Shown here in pieces: positions 35,105-38,369 of a DNA stretch of 38,369 bases (position 1 is its first letter; the number at the start of each line of letters is the position of its first letter). The stretch comes from Candidatus Omnitrophota bacterium. Lineage in GTDB: Bacteria; Omnitrophota; Gorgyraeia; Tantalellales; Tantalellaceae. Made by a program: the position numbers and the translations under genes. The notes below the pieces were generated by a model, which worked only from the letters and a program-made list of their open reading frames with translations, was not told the origin of the DNA and searched no databases. The stretch covers positions 1 through 38,369 of the forward strand of contig JBDRFA010000124.1 of the NCBI GenBank assembly GCA_043819235.1, read 5' to 3'.

Positions 35105-36576
35105 TCCAATCCTTCCTCGGAAAATTCTATGGCCTTTATCATCGCCATCGCCTTGTTCCGGGTCTCCTGGTATTCCTTCTCCGGTTCGGAATCCAGCACT
35201 ATCCCGGCCCCGGCCTGGATGCAGGCGGTATCCCCTCTCATGACTATCGTCCTTATGGTTATACACATATCGATGTTCCCCGAAAAACTTATATAACCTA
35301 CACAACCGGCATAGGGCCCGCGCCGCGTATTCTCAAGCTCGTCTATGATCTCCATGGCCCTGATTTTCGGGGCTCCCGACACCGTGCCGGCGGGAAAAAC
35401 CGCTTTCATAAGGTCGTAAATATCCTTATCCTTCCGCAACTTACCCGTGACATCCGTTACTATGTGCATCACGTGTGAATACTTCTCGATCGTCATTATC
35501 TCCCCGGGATGCACGCTGGAGTACTCGCATACCCTGCCTATATCGTTCCTCCCCAGGTCGACGAGCATGATATGCTCCGCTTTTTCCTTCGGATCGGCCA
35601 GGAGCTCTTTTTCAAGTCTCATATCCTCTTCTTCGGTCTCTCCGCGCCGGCGCGTACCGGCGATCGGCCTCACTTCGACGATATTGTCCTCACATCTGAC
35701 GAGTATCTCGGGCGACGACCCTATTATCCGGTTGTCACCGAACTTGAGATAGAACATGTACGGCGACGGGTTTATCGACCGGAGCGCCCTGTATATGGAG
35801 AACGGGTCCGAATGCGTGCGCCTTTTGAACCTCTGGGAAAGGACGACCTGTATTATGTCCCCCGCCCGTATATATTCCTTCGCGGCCTCGACGATGGAAC
35901 TGAAACCCTCTTCAGAAAAATTCGATCCCAGACCCGACAAAGCCTTGATCGGCCCGGCGCGTACCGGTTCGACCAGCTTCTTTTTAAGTTTTTCCATGAC
36001 CCTGTCGATCTCGCGGCAAGCCCTGTCATATGCTTCGGCGGGATCGCCTTCGATGACGGCGTTAGAAACGACCTTTATTTTGTGGTCCACATGGTCAAAA
36101 ATAAGGATAGTATCAGTGAGCGCCATCTGCATATCGGGAATATCAAAATCCTCGGGGTTCTTATCCGGCAGGTCCTCGATGAACCGGACCATATCGTACC
36201 CGATGTACCCTACAAGGCCCCCCGAGAACCTGGGAAGCCCTTTCACCGCGACGAACTTGAAACCCTCCATAAGGGACTTTATCTCCGCTATGGGGTCCTT
36301 TTCGGTCGCGTATTCTTCCGTCTTTTTTCCGCGCGTTATCCTGATATTCTTCCCTTTGCTCTCTATGACCAGGGCCGGGCCGCTTCCCAGAAAAGAATAC
36401 CTGGCCATATGCTCGCCGCCCTCTACGGATTCCAGAAGATAGGAAAAATCCCCCTCATCTATTTTAAGAAAAGCTGACAGCGGCGTATCAAAATCAGCCA
36501 GCATCTCCCGGTAGACAGGAATAACGTTTCCTTTTTTCGACAATTCGATAAATGTCTGTTTGTCGGGATTATACAT
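35101..36576 (-). CDS. trpE: anthranilate synthase component I
   Basis: LESVEGGE, GAPKIRAMEIIDELE and GPYAGCVGY motifs. I trimmed to the ATG at 36576 (MYNPDKQTF...), with AAGGAG 12 nt upstream. The longer track ORF overlaps the neighbouring AT-rich gene. Confidence 0.93.
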   Translation of the reverse strand: MYNPDKQTFIELSKKGNVIPVYREMLADFDTPLSAFLKIDEGDFSYLLESVEGGEHMARYSFLGSGPALVIESKGKNIRITRGKKTEEYATEKDPIAEIKSLMEGFKFVAVKGLPRFSGGLVGYIGYDMVRFIEDLPDKNPEDFDIPDMQMALTDTILIFDHVDHKIKVVSNAVIEGDPAEAYDRACREIDRVMEKLKKKLVEPVRAGPIKALSGLGSNFSEEGFSSIVEAAKEYIRAGDIIQVVLSQRFKRRTHSDPFSIYRALRSINPSPYMFYLKFGDNRIIGSSPEILVRCEDNIVEVRPIAGTRRRGETEEEDMRLEKELLADPKEKAEHIMLVDLGRNDIGRVCEYSSVHPGEIMTIEKYSHVMHIVTDVTGKLRKDKDIYDLMKAVFPAGTVSGAPKIRAMEIIDELENTRRGPYAGCVGYISFSGNIDMCITIRTIVMRGDTACIQAGAGIVLDSEPEKEYQETRNKAMAMIKAIEFSEEGLE

Positions 36577-36640
36577 TTCTAAACTAAACTCCTTTGTCGC
36601 CCCGCGGGCGCACAGACAATCCCAGTTCAAAGTTTCCGTT

Positions 36641-37093
36641 TCATAATAAGGTACTTGTTTTAACCAACAAGCCATAATCTCTAGCATTAATTTTAATCGC
36701 TGATTTACCTCGGAGAGCAAGGCCTATACCGTTTGAGGGATTATTAGTGCAGCTTTTCATGCTTTCCCTAATAAAATCTAACCTCAATTTAACCCCATCA
36801 AAAGCAACTCTCCCGCTCCATTCTTTGACACAACTCAGTTTAACTTCACAAACACCCGTTTTGTCATCGACTGATTTTCTTGTTGTAGTATATGAAAATT
36901 CACCTACAATAGCTTGACCAACAAAATACTTTTCCTTTTTAGTGTCGCTGAGATAAAAAATTATTTCGTCGCCTTTACGTGGAGTGACGCGGAGCTTCTT
37001 TGTGAATTGCCACGTCTTTTTTTTTATCATTTCCCTGAAACCTCTTTCACATTTCAAATTAACATGAGGAAAAATCCAATAATTTGCCACCAT
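36641..37093 (-). CDS. small PUA-like (EVE/ASCH-like) domain protein, tentative
   Basis: 150 aa from the ATG at 37093 (the track start at 37105 is TTG, and that TTG-GAG-GA stretch supplies the GGAGGA RBS). The pattern NYWIF...TWQF...KGDEIIFYLS...YFVGQAIVGEF...VKLSCV...LRGKSAIKINARDY resembles the EVE/PUA beta-barrel profile. This is motif-level resemblance only. Confidence 0.45.
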   Translation of the reverse strand: MVANYWIFPHVNLKCERGFREMIKKKTWQFTKKLRVTPRKGDEIIFYLSDTKKEKYFVGQAIVGEFSYTTTRKSVDDKTGVCEVKLSCVKEWSGRVAFDGVKLRLDFIRESMKSCTNNPSNGIGLALRGKSAIKINARDYGLLVKTSTLL

Positions 37094-37171
37094 CTTATCC
37101 TCCAATAATACCTTTGGCCCTCACCATAAATACGTGCAGGAATAGCTTTTTAATGTCGATCCATTAGCTTT

Positions 37172-38323
37172 CTACACAGAAATAGATTTAATCACCTTAT
37201 TTAACTTCTTCCTATCCCACAATTCCACATTGTTAACATTCGCTAACTCAATAGCGCTTTTAGTAAATGTACTGGTAATAACAACAACTGCTTTTTTCGC
37301 TTTATAATATTCTTTAGCGGCGACTATCTCCTGAACCGCTTTATTCCCGACACTCCCATTATATTTTTTAGCCTGAACGACTGTCTTGTTACCTTCTTGA
37401 TCCAGCAACACCAAATCCGCCCCTTGATCCTGGCTGAGTTTTGTTTGTATTGCCTTATACCCCAACGCTTTGAAAACTTCCTTCAAGTATTCTTCAAACT
37501 CATACCCATTTAAATTGTCAAAATTCCCAAAACTTATTTCCTTCTTTTTCCCCAAGTTTTGCTCAAACTCTTCTGCTTCTTTTCGGTCAGCGGATTCTTC
37601 CAACCAAGACTGGATAACGCTATCTTCAACTTCTGTGTTATACTGATTCAGAATAACGACTACAAAGTGAACTTTCTCTTTCTCATCAAAGTACTCATCA
37701 AACACAACTCCTAAATTAAAAGACATATTAGCTCGGAACTTCCTCATTTCGCGATCCTGAAACCTTTGCTCACTTAGTCCCAATATTTGTTTTACAACCT
37801 CAATCTTTTCTTCTGCCAAGCTATTTTCAGAAATATAGCCTAGCTGGGAAATTTTCTTTATTGTTTCGTCTACAAAAAATTTAAAAAGTTCCTCTCTTTC
37901 TTGTTTACCTTCATCATCTTCTTTCTGCTCTAAAAATCTAACAGCATTTATAAGATCTCTATCTGTTACTTTAAGATTCTTATGTTTGAATAGCTTTCTC
38001 ATTTTTTTCACATCATCAAGAAAATCCAAAACCCTTTCACCCCAGTTAATCTGCAACATTCTACCTTTCTCTCCACCATTAAAATCAAATTCCCCACGAT
38101 GCAGTCTTTCTAAAAAGTTCACAAAAAATGGTCTTGAGCCTTCCAATCGATCCGCAAATTTCGTAGTACTGGTATCGTCGCCAAGAGGAAGTCCCGGATC
38201 AACAAAATAATACAATATTATGCTTCGCAGATCATCAGGTGAATGCACATCAGCACTTAAATATTTCTCTACAATCTCCAAAAGTTCATCGTCCGGCTTC
38301 GAATAACATTTCTTACTGTCCAT
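37172..38323 (-). CDS. Mrr-type restriction endonuclease domain protein with uncharacterised N-terminal region
   Basis: C-terminal GYEFEEYLKEVFKALGY...DQGADLVLLD...TVVQAKKY...VQEIVAAKEYY...AVVVITSTFTKSA fits the Mrr_cat PD-(D/E)xK pattern (D...QxK). About 270 N-terminal residues are acidic and helical-looking, with no motif I recognise. Confidence 0.7.
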   Translation of the reverse strand: MDSKKCYSKPDDELLEIVEKYLSADVHSPDDLRSIILYYFVDPGLPLGDDTSTTKFADRLEGSRPFFVNFLERLHRGEFDFNGGEKGRMLQINWGERVLDFLDDVKKMRKLFKHKNLKVTDRDLINAVRFLEQKEDDEGKQEREELFKFFVDETIKKISQLGYISENSLAEEKIEVVKQILGLSEQRFQDREMRKFRANMSFNLGVVFDEYFDEKEKVHFVVVILNQYNTEVEDSVIQSWLEESADRKEAEEFEQNLGKKKEISFGNFDNLNGYEFEEYLKEVFKALGYKAIQTKLSQDQGADLVLLDQEGNKTVVQAKKYNGSVGNKAVQEIVAAKEYYKAKKAVVVITSTFTKSAIELANVNNVELWDRKKLNKVIKSISV

Positions 38324-38369
38324 AGTACGTGAAATTGGGAAACTTGTTTTTATATCATCCCACCATGCC

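Larger units (their letters stand above)
36620..38369. other. AT-rich putative genomic island (partial, continues past the window edge)
   Basis: Composition changes abruptly near 36620: a hand count gives 22/60 G+C at 37201-37260 versus 32/60 at 10021-10080. It holds two non-housekeeping ORFs. The right boundary is not in the window. Confidence 0.65.

Noticed and set aside
36577-36720. A trp leader peptide, attenuator, T-box or TRAP site upstream of trpE.
   Set aside because: The in-frame extension of trpE contains isolated Trp codons but no tandem Trp pair. It overlaps the island ORF. The real spacer is only 64 nt and has no alternative-hairpin architecture.

Overview
This is a bacterial chromosomal segment. 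All 36 protein genes I call, plus one tRNA, lie on the minus strand. Many gene junctions are 4-nt ATGA start/stop overlaps.

The content is mostly housekeeping:
- tilS-queH-rnz (tRNA modification and processing), then an epimerase and a SemiSWEET transporter
- uvrB, nadC, rluB, valS
- an amino-acid block, hom-thrC-(ApgM-like)-lysC-cimA
- tRNA-Pro(GGG)
- der-plsY-[AT-rich insert]-gpsA
- pgsA, lepB, lepA, a PGM/PMM-family mutase, rpe, an M50/CBS protease, an M16 peptidase, ruvX
- a complete trpEGDCFBA operon

The long plus-strand ORFs in the track are antisense shadows of these genes. Several minus-strand ORFs in the track carry spurious N-terminal extensions, which I trimmed.

Two things stand out:
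1. An AT-rich island runs from about 36620 to the right window edge. It abuts trpE and encodes a small PUA/EVE-like protein and a protein with a clear C-terminal Mrr-type PD-(D/E)xK nuclease domain fused to an unrecognisable N-terminal region of about 270 aa. This is a candidate modified-DNA-sensing restriction or defence module, and it is cut off by the window edge.
2. The intergenic spaces hold several distinct repeat families:
   - a conserved core of about 40 nt closed by locus-specific, mutually complementary arms (4 copies)
   - a 17-nt box directly upstream of the Shine-Dalgarno site of 5 genes
   - 7-nt-period tandem arrays placed at stop codons
   - GTAG-type perfect palindromes
   - one 192-bp palindromic element with perfect 31-bp termini

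No CRISPR array, rRNA gene or recognisable transposase is present. All functional calls come from motif recognition by eye; no database search was possible.
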